Shown piece after piece: positions 37,301-50,959 of a DNA stretch of 64,000 nt (positions within the stretch are counted from its first letter, which is position 1; each line of letters starts with the position of its first letter). Where the stretch lies: positions 14,880,001 through 14,944,000 of the forward strand of contig NC_047062.1 in assembly GCF_902459465.1 (NCBI RefSeq). The letters are read 5' to 3'. The position numbers and the translations under genes were made by a program. The stretch is from Asterias rubens. Lineage: Eukaryota. Below the pieces are notes generated by a model. It worked only from the letters and a program-made list of their open reading frames with translations. It was not told where the DNA came from and searched no databases.

Positions 37301-40300
37301 TCCTTGTCATCCATCACAGGTTGTTGCCAAGACATTGTTGGCAAATACAAGTCTAAATGTAAGACATCTAGATGGCCAGAAGGTAACCAAGACACTCAAG
37401 AATACCTTCCTCTCACCGGTGGATATTCTCATCAGTACACCTGGACCCATCCTGAATTGTCTCAGACGGGGTAGGTCTAACCTGCCTCCCAAGAGGCATT
37501 ATGGCTTCTTTCATCTTCTTGTAGGGTGTCATGGCCGAGTGGTTAAGAGCATCGATTTCAAGTTCTGGTGGTTAAGTCATCAGAGTGTGGGTTCGAATCC
37601 CAGTCATGGCACTTGTGTCTTTAAGCAAGACGCTTTACTATATAACTGCTTCTCTTTACCCAGGGGAAGGTACCTGCACGGGTAGAGGTTGGTATTGTGT
37701 ATGAAAAAGCCACAAGCGCCATTAGGCAGCTCATGGCTGCATACTCTCCAGGGAGCTGAGAAAATGTCAATGTTATTGGCCCAATGACCAGGGCACTAAT
37801 GTAAAGCGCATGCTGTACCAAGTCAAGTTCTTGAAAGTATGTGGCAACACTGGACAACTTGGACCAGTATTCTCACTCGGTGTATCCAAACATATGCATC
37901 GGATAATAAATCTGTGAAAGTTGGGACTCAATTGGTCATTGAAGTTGCACAAAAATGTTCAAAGAAAAATCAGTCTTGTTGTGCACCTAATTTGTGTGCT
38001 TTCAAATGCCTAAAAAAAGAGCTTGAGTAAGAAATTACCTTTTTCTCAAAAACTATGTTACTTCAGAGGGAGTTGTTTCTCACAACGTTTTATACTATCA
38101 GCAGCTCTCATTTGCTCATTACCAAGTAAGTTTGTATGCTAACAGTTATGAGTAATTACCAATAGTGTCTAGTGCCTTTAAGCAATGCCTGATGTATCTT
38201 TGTCTTGTATCGGCAGAGTTTGTATCTCTTGAGGGTGTGACTCACATCGTCATCGATGAAGCTGATACAATGTTGGACGATAGTTTCTCAAGGAGTACTC
38301 TCAATATCCTTGGGAGGATGCATGTGAGTAAGATCGCCCAGTTTCCGTTCATTTCATTAACTCTGGTGTGAAGCCAAGCACAGGGAAGAAAGTTTCAGTT
38401 TTAGATGTGGGAGGAAAACCCTAGAGAAATATTCCATGGAAAACTCACAGAGTCGGGTAGGGACCGAAAACCCAATCCAAGTACTGCCCCTGGCATGATT
38501 CAACCATTATTCAAATAAAAAAAGGCTTCGGCCTGAAGTCATAAAAGGCGTCAGGCCTGAAGTCGTTTAATATTTGAGTGAGAAATTACTTCTTTCTCAA
38601 AAACTACGTCACTTTAGGGGGAGCTATTTCTCACAATGTTTTATACTATCAAAAGCTCTCCATTGCTCATTACCAAGAAATTAAGTTTTTATTCTAACAA
38701 TTATTTCAAGTAATTACCAATAGCGTCCAGTGCCTTCAAGTGGCATAGCTTGAAAGAGTTTAACTTTCTGTGACTACCCATATTGGTCAGAGATGGTTTT
38801 AAAGATTTCAATGACTATATTATTTTTACATTCTTTGTTTCATGTGGTAGGTGAGCACCTTGCCTCATTCTAAACAGAAACCACTGCGTGAGACTCAAAT
38901 GATCCTGACTGGTGCTACAATGCCGAAACAAGCAGCCAACACACTGAAAGAGATTCTGCCGGTAAGGCTGATATTACAACACTATTTTATATCATACCAC
39001 TTTAATTTTTAATTTTGTACAACATTAGTTTAAAAGATTACCAATAGTGTCCCGTGCCTTTAACTATAAAGAGAGGTTTGCGGTGACACCATGTGAATGT
39101 CTCTTTTGAGTAGTGATTGGTTCTGAAAAGAAATAGAGGCTCTTAAATGCTGAATGCAGAGTCATTAACCTCTGGTTCTTTTCAGAACCCACCGGTTCTT
39201 TTCAGAACCAATCACTTTTCTTAGTTATACTTCCACAATGCAAAGTTTCAAATCCTGTAAGATATTATTTCATGTTTTTTTCCAGGAGACAGCTCTGGAG
39301 ATCATAGCAACTCCTCACCTTCATCGCATCATGCCGCATGTCAACCAAAAATTCATTCGGTTACACTCTCAAGACAAAGCAGGTTGGTTAACTGATGTAT
39401 CTTTACACATTTGGGTTAACATAGAACATTTTGGGAAACTCTTTAATGTAAAAGTATACACAAAGAAAAGTACCTTGTTGTTAAAACATACTGATCCCTA
39501 ATATCTGTGAGATGGTCCAAATGACATTCATGTGAAGTATACAAATACTGAGTTTTCTTTTTTCCTCTCAGCAACAATTTTAGGAATTGTGACTCGGGAT
39601 TGTAAGCAGAGAGTGCCTGTCATGATCTTCTGCAATGAGATCACTACATGTAATTGGCTGGCCTGGTTTCTTGAGGAGAGTAACATCAAAGTGCTGAGGT
39701 TGAATGGTGATATGGATCCAGAGGTATGTTTTCATGAATTAGAGGGTTGGGGTCCTTTTGGACGACACAAAACACAAACGTCCATGGATTTACATTAGAC
39801 TTAACAAGGTTTTAAAGATAGGCACTGGACACTATTGGTAAATACTCAAGTTAATTGTTAGCAATAAAAGAACTTGGTAATGAGCAAAGGAGAGCTGCTG
39901 GTGGTATAAAACATTGTGAGAAACCGCTTCCTCTGAATTAATGTAGTTTTTAAACAAGAAGTAATTTTCCACTTAAGTTTTTGAATTTGATTTCGAGACC
40001 TCAGCATTAGATTTTAAGGTTCCGAAATCAAGCATCTGAAAACATACAGCTTCGTGTGGCAAGGGTGTTTTTTCTTCCATCATTGTCTTTCAACTTTGAC
40101 AACCAATTGAGTTAAAGTTTTCACAGGTTTGTTATTTTGTGCATATGTTGAGATACACAAGGCGAGAAGACTGGTCTTTGACAATGACCAAACGTGTCCA
40201 GTGCCTATAAAGATAATGATGGTAGAAAGCTTCCCTTTAAATATTACTTTCTGAGATGGTCTAGTTTTTTAGAAATTAGTAAAACAACCATGATAATTAT

Positions 40301-42905
40301 TTTAGCATTTACAACAGATTTCGACTCTCCTGAAAACATTGCTCCCTGATTTGTTCTCAAAAGCTTTACGACTAATGAAGGTTAAACTTCTACAGGTAAA
40401 TGACAAAAGATACATCTTTATTCACAGTGAGCGGTGGTTTATTTCTACAGTGATCTACAAAAGGTATAAAAACCCTTTTAGCCAACTGGAATTCCACTCT
40501 GTGAAACCCCTCCTCAGAAGTTCAGCAAAATTAAGCATGGGCGAACAGTGCGACTAGTGTCGAAGTCGCGACTAGTGATTGCTTAGTCTAGAGTTGCGAC
40601 TACCGTTTTTCAACTACTCAGTTATATGACTACTACAAAAATAGTCGCAACTTCCTGCTCGGTGAACCAAATTTTTCACTCACGACTATTCACAACAATA
40701 TAATTTACTTACGAAACACAATCAGACATCAGTGACACAATCCTTCAATCCTTTTAGCATGAACTTTACTATATTGCACCACAATGCATCTTGGGAATTA
40801 TTGCAACTAGTGTCAAAGTCCCGACTATTTGAGGCACGAATAATCGAGTAGTAAATTTCACTAGTCATCCAGGCTTAATCAAAACCATTCAAAGAGACAG
40901 ACACGTACAAGAAGCTCCACTAGTGTGTGCATAAGCATTAAGTACTTCGTAAGTAATTTTGAATATGGCTCTTGTGTTAAATTGCTCCTTCTATACAGTT
41001 TGTTCTTCAGTAAGTCAGCGGTAGCAGTTTTTGTCTCCTTCCCCCTGTTATCAATGAATTAATGGTGTTTAAGTATTGTGTAAGGGTTGGCTTTATGTAG
41101 AAATACTGTATTTTGTTGAATTATTATTGAACTGTTTTTTTTTGTTGTCCTCAGGAACGGGTTGGGATAGTAAGTTCTTTCCAAACAGGAGTTAGTAATG
41201 TCTTGGTTTGCACGGACATCGGTTCAAGAGGCATGGACATGATCCAGGTAAAAGTCAATCCCTTCATTTAATTTCTGAGATAGAAGTATACAAATTTTAA
41301 TTAGGCACGTCAATCCGAAGGTCGTTGGTTCAAATCTTGCTCTAGTATATTTTTCTTTGTTAAACCCCAAATCATTTAAAATGTACCATGTAAATTTGCC
41401 TTGTCTTTCGTACTTGAATGACATCTGAAACAAAAAGTTGCATCCCCTTTAAAGGTGATCCCCTGGCTGCCGCTTCTGAGGTTGTATCATAAACTTGGGT
41501 GTGATCTCTTCCTATATGACAGTTAACCTGTTGTATGGCTTCTGACTGTCATCCCCTCTTCCTATATGACAGTTAACCTGTTGTATGGCTTCTGACTGGC
41601 ATCCCAGACAAAGATATTAACACAATAGGTAGACCACCAACATAGGGCTAGATAGCTCAGTTGATAGGTAGACCACCAACATAGGGCTAGATAGCTCAGT
41701 TGATAGGCCGCCTGCTCGCAATTTTGTTTCAAATCCCGCTCTGGCAAATTTTTATTCAAAAACACCACCTGGTCACAAATATACTGTAAAAAAAAAAAAA
41801 AACATAAATGTAATTTTTTCTATAACCAATCTGTAACAGGTAAGGCACGTCGTCAACTTTGACTTTCCGACTTTCATGTCAGACTACATCCACAGAGTGG
41901 GCAGGGTGGGGCGAGTGAACAGCAGTGGCATTGGACATGTGACTAATTTTGTTGTGCAGAAGTGGGACGTGGACTTGGTGAAAGCCATTGAGGTAAAATA
42001 TACCTTTAGAAGTCATTGTCAATAAAATGTTGAACTTGGATTATTTTTACTTTTCCGCGGATTGTACTGTAAAATCCCAATGTTACTACATGTGTTTAAT
42101 TTTATTAGAATTTACCCTTTTCTGCATGATCAAATTGGCCCATTAGAAACACTTCAGGAAAAGCTTTTGTATCTAATTTGATAATCAAATACAGAGAAAT
42201 TTAAACACTACAAATTGTTTCTGTTTTCTTGAAAGAATTACAGTAAACTAATCCAAGAATTGAAAAAAGGTGGTTGGGTAGATTGTTAAAAGGTTTACCT
42301 TAATCACAATGCAAATGTTTCAAAATGTGTAAAGAGTACAAGAATACTATTTAGTGTTTATATTACGCTGGTGTGTACCGTGGTTAGCACCGTATACCCA
42401 GTGCTTTCCCGATTCCTGCAAGTACAAAACCCAAACACCACAGACATACATCTAAGGTGGGGTTTGAACCTACAGCCCCACCATTCTATAGCAAATGTCT
42501 CATCACTAGACCATCAAGTGTGCTCGGTAACAAGTGACCAGGGCCCAATTTTATAAAGCCTGTAAGCACAAAAAACTTGCTAAGCTCAGAAAAGTACTTC
42601 TTACCAGAAATAGAGGTTACCAGGCAAAATTACAATACATTTACATTGTTGTGATTGGTGCCCCAATTAATTTTTGCTAAGCAAACAAATTTGTCAAGTG
42701 ATATTTTCTGCTTAACAGCTTAATGAAATTTGGTCTAGTTTAAACCAAATTTAAGAATTTTACAAATTTTAATCAATTAACTATATTTGTTTTTCAGAGA
42801 GCTGTAAGAGTTCGGGAGAATCTTCCTAGAGTTGATGCTAACATCAAGCAGAAGCATGTAAGGAGACTGGTTGACAATGATGAAACCAACATGTTCTTAC
42901 GCTAA
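34382..42905 (+). CDS. DDX28: DEAD-box RNA helicase DDX28 (mitochondrial), 12 exons, 546 aa
   Basis: Exons 34382-34450, 35308-35580, 36097-36222, 36538-36738, 37320-37470, 38217-38323, 38851-38961, 39286-39382, 39572-39723, 41155-41247, 41840-41992 and 42798-42905, all GT-AG and phase-consistent. Motifs AETGSGKT, DEAD, GAT, TDIGSRGMD and HRVGRVGR, plus the DDX28-type N-terminal ASDGWKHKGSCGDHFTI. Exon 1 is the least certain. Confidence 0.92.
37524..37845 (+). mobile_element. tRNA-derived SINE in DDX28 intron 5 (relatives ~43250-43520 -, ~47650-47830 +, ~19500-19620 -)
   Basis: GTGTCATGGCCGAGTGGTTAAG (A box) and GGTTCGAATCCC (B box), followed by the CTTGTGTCTTTAAGCAAGAC core-like segment. Confidence 0.8.
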
Positions 42906-45246
42906 CAATGTGTTCACTAAGAATAAACTATAAATATTAGTAAACTTGCAGGTACAACCATGTAATAAATCTCTTTTGAAGGAGTGTTGGCTCTAAAAAC
43001 AGCCGGTTTGGTCTTGATGTTTTGTACCTTGCTTGTCTTCAAGAGACAGCTTGAATGTCAGTGGTGATGCTGCTTATGTGTTTACTCATTACGCACCATG
43101 ATCCTAAGACATATCTTTGTACATGACAGAATTTGTGTTGGAATAATATAACTGTCGAAATAATATAAATAAAATAAATAATAATAATAATGATAATAAT
43201 AATTGTGGCTTTTTATATAGCGCACATGTGCGTCACCCAGTGACGCTCCTGGCGCTATAACATACAGTATTGCCTGCCAGATGTGGGACTTCGTTTGAAT
43301 TATGAGACCAAATTTTGATAGCACCATGTAAAGGTGGTGTGGCGCAATTTGCTGCTGAAACGACCAGGAATACCGGGGCGAACCCCTTCTCTTTTCGAAA
43401 AGGGCACTGGGTTCTTGTACATGCGTTACATAACACATGGCCTCTTGTCCCATCCGAAGGACGAAGCAATGGTTAAGTGTCTTGCCTAAAGACACAAGTG
43501 TCACTGCTGGGGATTCGATTTAGTTTTGTGGTGCACTCATTTTCTGATTCATAGAGTCCTTATGAAAGTAGGGGGGGGGGTAGCCCTGGTTACCGGCCTG
43601 TATTGCAGCCACGGCGCAAATTAATACATTTGTACACATTTATAGTAATTGTTCATGTAATCGTTTGTGTTTTTTTGCAATAAAATCAGTTGTAAATAGT
43701 GCTCTCAAAGGATTGGTTGTTCCTGTTTCTTTGTGTCTTACAATATTTCATTTAAGTTTTACTGTCCTGTGGAGTTTTTTTGTTTGTCTTGATTTGGACA
43801 GTATAGTTAATGAATATGTATTTTTTTTATCATTCAATTACGACCTCCTCTCAACCTTGTTTCCAATGGTGTACAAACTCGCTGCCCCCCCCCCCCCAGA
43901 TTGCCTAATACCAGTACTTGATCGATATGAACTCTGCAAACTCGATTTTCAACCTGATAACTGTTAAACTCTGATTAGTCCTAAACATATGCCTACAAAA
44001 ACTTAATCGGTTTACTTCTGTAGTACTCAACCCAGAAATGGTTGGGTTTATCCCAGAGTGTCCTGATTAGAAAAATATTTTGTTTTCACCAAGAGAGAGC
44101 AACAGAGTGACAACATTTTACTTTTTTGAAATGTTGTGATTTATATGGGCCAGAATAAGGCTTTCGTTGTACAGTTTTTTGGATATCTTTCTAGTAAAAA
44201 AAGTCTGTATTTTTAAGTACAACAGTGTAACAAATCTTCTCAAGCAAATTTTGGAGATTTTTTTTTCCAGAAATGAGCTGTTTGAAAGTAACTACTTTAA
44301 TTTATGATGAATGATTATAAACTATGTCATCCTAGCTGCTTACTTTACAAATCTTAATGTACAAAAAGAAATCCGTTTTACTTTCGTTTTTGTAAGAGGT
44401 TAGGAAATGACTGTAATACTAAAATAATATTGAGTACATTTTTTGTTGTATTCAAAATGGAATGATTATTTTGTATGTAAATTTATTGTTATCCATCCAT
44501 CAGTAATAAAAAATATTAACTTCCGATTGGGCCAAAGTTACAAACATAGTATTACACGGGCATGCGTGCTGCATTCCCGTGTCACTTACGTGGTAATCAG
44601 CTGTTGACCCCATGACGTCATTATGTTTTGTCCGCGGAAGTGCAGTTCTCTTTAATAATTAAAGGTCTCGAACTGGGCATTTTGTGCATGAATTTTAGTA
44701 TTGTTCCCGAACGGTTTGCAGTGTACCACGCTGAAGGAATATCAAGGTAGGTTATTGCGACGAGTTGGTTTGTAAAATAAGGTAATTGTGGACTAATTTC
44801 CACCCAAATGTACGTAGAGAGCTCATATAGAGATGACTCGATTTTGGTGGCAGCATTCCATTCCTTCCTGTACTGTGCTGTGTTTATGCATGCTGACTGA
44901 CTCATGGACTGTTAACTGTAGTATGGGATGGGTTGCTGATGTTGTTGTGTTTATTTAATGAATGTGTGTATGGTACTGCTGCTGTATGTGTTGTTAGTGC
45001 AATGGGGATGGCCATAGCTTAGAGACATGCGTGCAAACAAGAGCAAGGATATTTTAATACAGTCTTGAATTATTATTTCATGTTGTGTTTTGTCAATGTT
45101 ATAAAAGGGAATTGAATTGAAAACAAAAATGTTATCTTTTTGACACCAAAATGGTTATCATCATTTTACCCAAAGATTTACTGATATTGAACATGCGTGC
45201 GCACGTCGTGCACAACTACACTGCAGCGTCGAATGACCCCTCCGCC

Positions 45247-45265
45247 TACCCATAATGCATTGTGG
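45247..45265 (+). promoter_or_regulatory. ZNF143/Staf-like site in a CpG-rich promoter-like stretch
   Basis: TACCCATAATGCATTGTGG, with a TGCGTGCGCA (NRF1-like) motif ~50 bp upstream. A second ZNF143-like site lies at 40779-40797 (-). Confidence 0.55.
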
Positions 45266-45347
45266 TTCTGAATCGCGATAAACCTTATGGATTCCTTTAA
45301 CAATGTCATAACTCACCAAGTCAACTAAAAAAAACAAGAATAATCAG

Positions 45348-45985
45348 TCATGGAGGAAGGAAGAGAAGGAGCTCGAACGACCCGCAAAACCGCAGAGTAA
45401 CAAAAAAACAGCCTGACAATGCCCCTGTCTGACCAGTGGAAAAAGATAGGAGACCTCCAGCTGGACGGCCGATTAACGAGCAGGATTAGATCTCTTCGTA
45501 CAGAAGGTGTGGTACCGCCAGACTGCGCCGTTGCCTTCGTGTTAAGTTGAATCATTGGAGACAAGAATTGTGAATATACACGTTTTCATTTACCATTTGT
45601 GGTGTTTCACGAAAACATCATGGCATAGTTGTACATTTTTTGTGACTTTCGCTAGCTAGCAGTGGTTCAAAATTTGGGTACTAGCACATGAGGGTGGTTG
45701 GTATTCAATTGTGTTTTTCGATTTAGGGGCGAAAGTGTACACAATTTTTATCAGGTCTCAAACAAAAAAAAAAATTTTTGTATTATATCCATACGACACA
45801 CGACACCATAGTTGAGAGTTGAGTGAAGAACCAAGTGCGCACGCGCCAACTCACATAGCAGCAGGTTGCCCATTGTTTGTATAAGGTATGTGGATGATTA
45901 CGAGGTGTTGTTAAACGACCGCGGTAACAAGGGTTCGACTTTTGAAGTCCCTTCGTTCGAGCTCCTTCTCTTCCTTCCTCCATGA
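45348..45985. repeat. Perfect 33-bp inverted repeat pair bounding 638 bp
   Basis: TCATGGAGGAAGGAAGAGAAGGAGCTCGAACGA (45348-45380) is the exact reverse complement of 45953-45985. Confidence 0.85.
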
Positions 45986-47364
45986 TCCAGTGAAGCGGCT
46001 TTAAGAAAAACATCGTCACCTGTTTGACCAGTTCAGGATCAGTTGATTGTATTATGAATCAATAACGTGCCCTCTGTTGCAAACCCATAAAACTATGGAC
46101 CCCTCACCCAAATCATGGAGGTAGAATTATCAAAAGACACACAACTTTAGAAGTTATTAGTTGCCAAGGATGTGGACTTCTTTTGAAAAGAATCTTTTCT
46201 CCTCTGAACGTCATGTAAATGTGTTTAATCAGCAGTGCAATAAAACAAACACACAAAACAACTGCGCAGTGATTATTTAGTTTTGCCTAAATGCCTGCTG
46301 TTATTAATATTATAAAACAATAGATCAGTGCAGAAAATGATTATTGCAGTTGAGATCAAGACATTCTGCTGAACTGGTGCTCATATGTATTTCATGTTGC
46401 AACATTGGATAGAGCCCCACAGCAATACGCTTTTGTTCATGTAATTGAAGGGGCTGACCAAAAAACTAAAAACCAATGATGTGCTGTTTTTGGGAGTTGA
46501 TGTTTTTAAACTTAAATTTCCATTAAAAAAATATGTCAATTAGGACCTCAATGTTTGCCTGGCAAAACAACCCTCTTCTGGAAAGCAGACATTTGATAAG
46601 CAATTTAATAAGCTATTCAAGTTGTCACCCTACCCATCCCATCCCAACCCAACCACTCCCTAGTGTTTGCATTTTGCCACCCAGTCCATCAACCCATTTA
46701 TACATAAGCAATGTTGAGTATGTCACTGTCAGCCCTAGTAAGCTCTAGGCCTATATGGCTCTATTCACTCAGCCTGCATGGAGAAATGAATATTGATCAA
46801 TGTGTAATCTCTCATTCTCTGTACCCTGTTGTGTGCAGGTACTGTGTATGCACAGATCTTCAGCAAACAGCCTCTATAGGCCTTCACATCTAGCAATCAG
46901 CTGTTCAATGTTTTGCATATAACGTCAGTGGGTTGCAGAATACAGCATTTCATTCCGGCTGTCCATAACTACCTCCATGATACATTGTAGCTCAAGAGAG
47001 TCAGATTGAACGCATCTCAAAGGCAGAAGCTACAGCTTGATCTTAAAATACAGGTAATTTATGCACCAAGAAGTAGTAATTAACTGAATCTAACATGGCT
47101 TTTTTGAATGGAATGTCAAGACGAAGAAAAGTGCCTTGATGGGATGAAAACTGATTGAATGATGCCTGTTGAAATAATGTATGCAACTACACGTATGAAG
47201 GGATTGTACACATTTTGTGTAAAAAATGTTTCTGTTGCTGCTTATCTTGATCATGTAGAGACACATCACAGCTACCCGCCCTAAAGAATCCTGTTATGTT
47301 TATGGGTTTTGGTATACAATAAGAACATTTTTGGCTTTTATAGTCCATTCATACGCATAAAGCA

Positions 47365-47520
47365 TAGACCTTATGCATTGACGTCATCCAGCCGCCATCT
47401 TTGAGGTCAAACGGTGACGAAACAATCGAAACGCACATAGATTGGCCAATGAACAACCTCCTTTTGACCTCAATGCGGGGGCGTCATACTGAAATGACGT
47501 CATGTGCATTAAGGTCTATT
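47365..47520. mobile_element. Small MITE carrying two TGACGTCA sites and a GATTGGCCAAT box
   Basis: ATAGACCTTATGCA...TGCATTAAGGTCTAT inverted ends. Confidence 0.6.
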
Positions 47521-48051
47521 GAATTCACCCAACAATGTCAGGCAATTTTGACCTAAAGAACGATGCTTTGTACTATCAAATCCTTTTGTCCTCTCTACAA
47601 TAGCTTTTTTCGTCAGTTTTTTTTTTCCTGATAGATAAATGTTTTATTGGTGGCCGAGCGGTCAAGCATACTGGACTCAAGCTATGGTGTTTTTGATCAG
47701 CAGAGTGTGAGCGGTTTTGAGTCCTGGGCTTGACACTATGTGTCTTTACATTAAAAGCAAGTTGCTTAAATTGCTTCATCCTTTGGATGGGGCGTAACAC
47801 CCTAAGTCCTGTGTGTTTGTAAAATGGTAAATGCATGTAAATAAACCTATTACAAGGATTTTGCGTTGGTCTTGTTTTGTATGATTTATTCCTCCATGGT
47901 TGGGCCTTTTAAGTTGAACATAGCTAGAAGTACCTAAAATAATAAGCATTTTAGAAACAATTAATAGCGTTAGCCTATACGTGTAAATGATGGCCGTTAT
48001 TATAATTTTTTCCCCCCAGAATATTTGGAGATAACAAAGGAGCCAGACAAC

Positions 48052-48411
48052 ATGGGGAGGATATTTCTTGAGCATATTGGAGGCACGAGATTATTCTCTT
48101 GTGCAAATTGTGACACCGTTCTAACAAACAGGATTGAGTTGATGTCAACACGGTTTACTGGCTCAACAGGTAGAGCGTTCCTCTTCAAGAAGGTCGTCAA
48201 TCTATCCTTCAGTGAGGTCCAGGACCGTGTCATGCTCACTGGGAGACACATCGTTCGTGACGTTTTCTGTAAAAACTGCGACTCCAAACTTGGTTGGATC
48301 TACGAGTTTGCCACGGAGGAGAGCCAACGCTATAAAGAGGGGAAAGTTATCTTAGAGAGGGCGCTCATCACGGAGAGCGAAGGAATCGAGGAACACCTAG
48401 GAGAAATATGA
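48052..48411 (+). CDS. YPEL5: Yippee-like protein 5, 119 aa, single coding exon
   Basis: [27 protein letters not shown]...[45 protein letters not shown] is nearly identical to YPEL5 as recalled. A splice acceptor CCCCCCAG ends at 48019, implying non-coding upstream exons. Confidence 0.97.
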   Translation: MGRIFLEHIGGTRLFSCANCDTVLTNRIELMSTRFTGSTGRAFLFKKVVNLSFSEVQDRVMLTGRHIVRDVFCKNCDSKLGWIYEFATEESQRYKEGKVILERALITESEGIEEHLGEI

Positions 48412-50554
48412 ACATCGACCGTTTAAATGTCCCTTTGAAAGATGAAATCATGAAAGGGTTTGGAATCCCCGCCATGCTGCACCACATTGAAGCTACACTG
48501 ACAGCCACGATGTTTAGGAAATACTGACTTGAGTCTGTTTAAAGTGAAGATAGAGATCGTGAATGGCACAGCTGCTATTCTAGAAAGATTTTTCGTCATT
48601 CAGATAAGGATTGAACTGTCTGAATCACATGTTGCACTGGATGGATGCCTTTTGTAGGAAGAACAAAAGTATGGCTTTGTCAGTAGAAAGTGCTTTGTTC
48701 ACCGTGTAGCCATGGATACAGAGAGTGACATCATTATCATAAGTGATAAAACTGCATGGAGATGTTTGAGCATTATGTAAACATACAGCAAGGATGAATT
48801 ACATGTCATGGCTGTGTGATGGTACACCTACATGTACATGTAGTTTCAAATCTTATCTACATGTACATATGTACATCTACATGTTTACTACTGAGTGTAG
48901 TGTGATTGAAATACTAATGTGGGATCCATGGACAATATGGATAATTTACATTTTTTTATGTCAATCACTTTGCACACAGGATAGAATAAGCTGTCATTTT
49001 TGCAAGGTGCTTGATTTTAAACATACTGTAATGATTATTTGCATCATGTAATATATTTTTAAGATGAGACTAATTTTATAATTGTGATAAATGAAAATTT
49101 TGTGTACACATGCTGACTTGTGCAATGTTGGAAAACCCAGACTTTCAGGCATATTGTAACAAGTCATGGGTCATGTGTTTACAAATAACAAACCTTGGGC
49201 CCTAAATTTCAAATAGAGAGCTGAGAGCACTATGTGCTAAAATGTCCTGCTGCTTGCATTTTTTTAACGGAACCACTTTACATGTCAAAGTGCAGTTTGA
49301 GGTATACATGTAGTTGTCACTGACTCACATCAATCTATAAGGAAAACCCCCAATATATTTTGCAATAATCTACATGATATACTAAGTCCACATCATTTGT
49401 ACATGTATGGCCAGCACTAAGCTGCATGGGTGTGAATAGAATAATATTATTATTATTCTGAGCTTATTCAAGTTCACAGAGAGATAAAAAACATGCTCAA
49501 ATTCCTAAAAACAAAGAATAAAAGATACTCACACAAATACTCGCAAGTAAGAATTATCTCTGGGCGATTTAGATTTTTTGTATCTTATGGTTTGGTAAAG
49601 AGGACTGGTGAGTTGGTTCGAGTTCCGAAGATTGTTGGACCACCATGGGCTTACACAGACGATGACAGAGTAAGCCATTCTCTGTGAATCTGAATCTAGA
49701 AGTTATCTTTTGTGTCTTATTTTATTTTTTATTTGAAATTAACCATCTGTGGGACGCAGGATCCTCAATGGAGTGGGGAGATCAGAGAGCTATTGACCAG
49801 AGCACTTAATCTAGATTCCACCAGAAGCACACATTTTTTAAGCATCCTGAATTTACACTTGTTTGAGGCTTGTTCATGAATTTCTAGAAACCATTTATAG
49901 GTTTAAATTTTCACAGAGATATCACATTTGTGTTGACATTTACATACTTGCATATTTGCGTTATGCTCGCAAAAGTTGGCACATTTACTGAAAGGGGTAA
50001 AAAAAACACTGCTACATAATTGCCATACAGCTGTACAACATTTTATGCTCTTACCTAGGTCTGTACACAAACATCAAAACACTTACCCAGCTACATGTAT
50101 TGCATGATAGAAAAATGCATCAGATGGCATCATAACTCATTAGACTGAATAATCTAAGGGAAATATTTCTGAACTTGGGCTTGTAATGCTTTGTTTTTGA
50201 AAGGCCAAGGGCACCAGGGCATTTTCTCATTGGTAGAGGGCACCCTACCGGACCTTTTCAAGGGCACCAAGGCAATGACCAGGGGGCACGGAGAGGAGAC
50301 AGCCTTCATGAAGTATCAAGCCTGTCTAAGTGTCAGAAGGAGTTACTCGGGAGCAGTAGCTGGCTGGTATCACCAAACACCTTGTAAAATTTAAATACAT
50401 CAAGAAGATTAGAGGTCAGGGTTGAGAGGTTAGAGTTAAGAGGTTAAGGTTGATGCAGACTTTCAACTTGAAAGTCTGCATCAAACTGCTTCTAATAGGC
50501 CTTTCCATTGTTGATAAACAAATCAAGCACTCAATCTGTTATCATATGTTTTAA

Positions 50555-50959
50555 AGGGTATCTGTACTTTTTCCTTTAAAAAAAAACACAATGTCCACAG
50601 ATTTACATTAAACTTACACAGTTTGAAGATTATGATAGTAGAAAGCTTCCCTTGAAATTTTACTTACTGAGGTGCTGTAGTTTTTGAAAGATGAGTAAAA
50701 GTAACAATTTTTGTCTCAGTTTTAGCATGTAAAAACTTATTAACCAGTTATGCTATGGTTTTGGTATAATATTATAACTGGTTATGGGGATTTGACATGC
50801 TAAAATAATTTTGGTCTCATGTGACCAAAATTCTTTTGTGACTTGTTTCACTCAACCTTAGTTAGTAATATTTGAAGGGAAGCTTTCCACTATCATTATC
50901 TTCAAACCCTGTAAATTTAATGTAAATCTGTGGACATTTTGAAAAAGTACCCGAATCCT
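50555..50959. mobile_element. Kolobok-type MITE family B
   Basis: TTAA|AGGGTATCTGTACTTTT...AAAAGTACCCGAATCCT|TTAA. Relatives lie near 14965-15355, 35670-35830, 57470-57800, 61790-62060 and 63200-63340. Confidence 0.8.

Noticed and set aside
40525-40880. Cluster of CGACTAGT/AGTCGC repeats with a ZNF143-like site in DDX28 intron 9
   Set aside because: Probably a decayed DNA-transposon fragment, but termini and TSD could not be defined.
44621-44905. 94-aa minus-strand ORF
   Set aside because: No recognisable domain or convincing splice partners.
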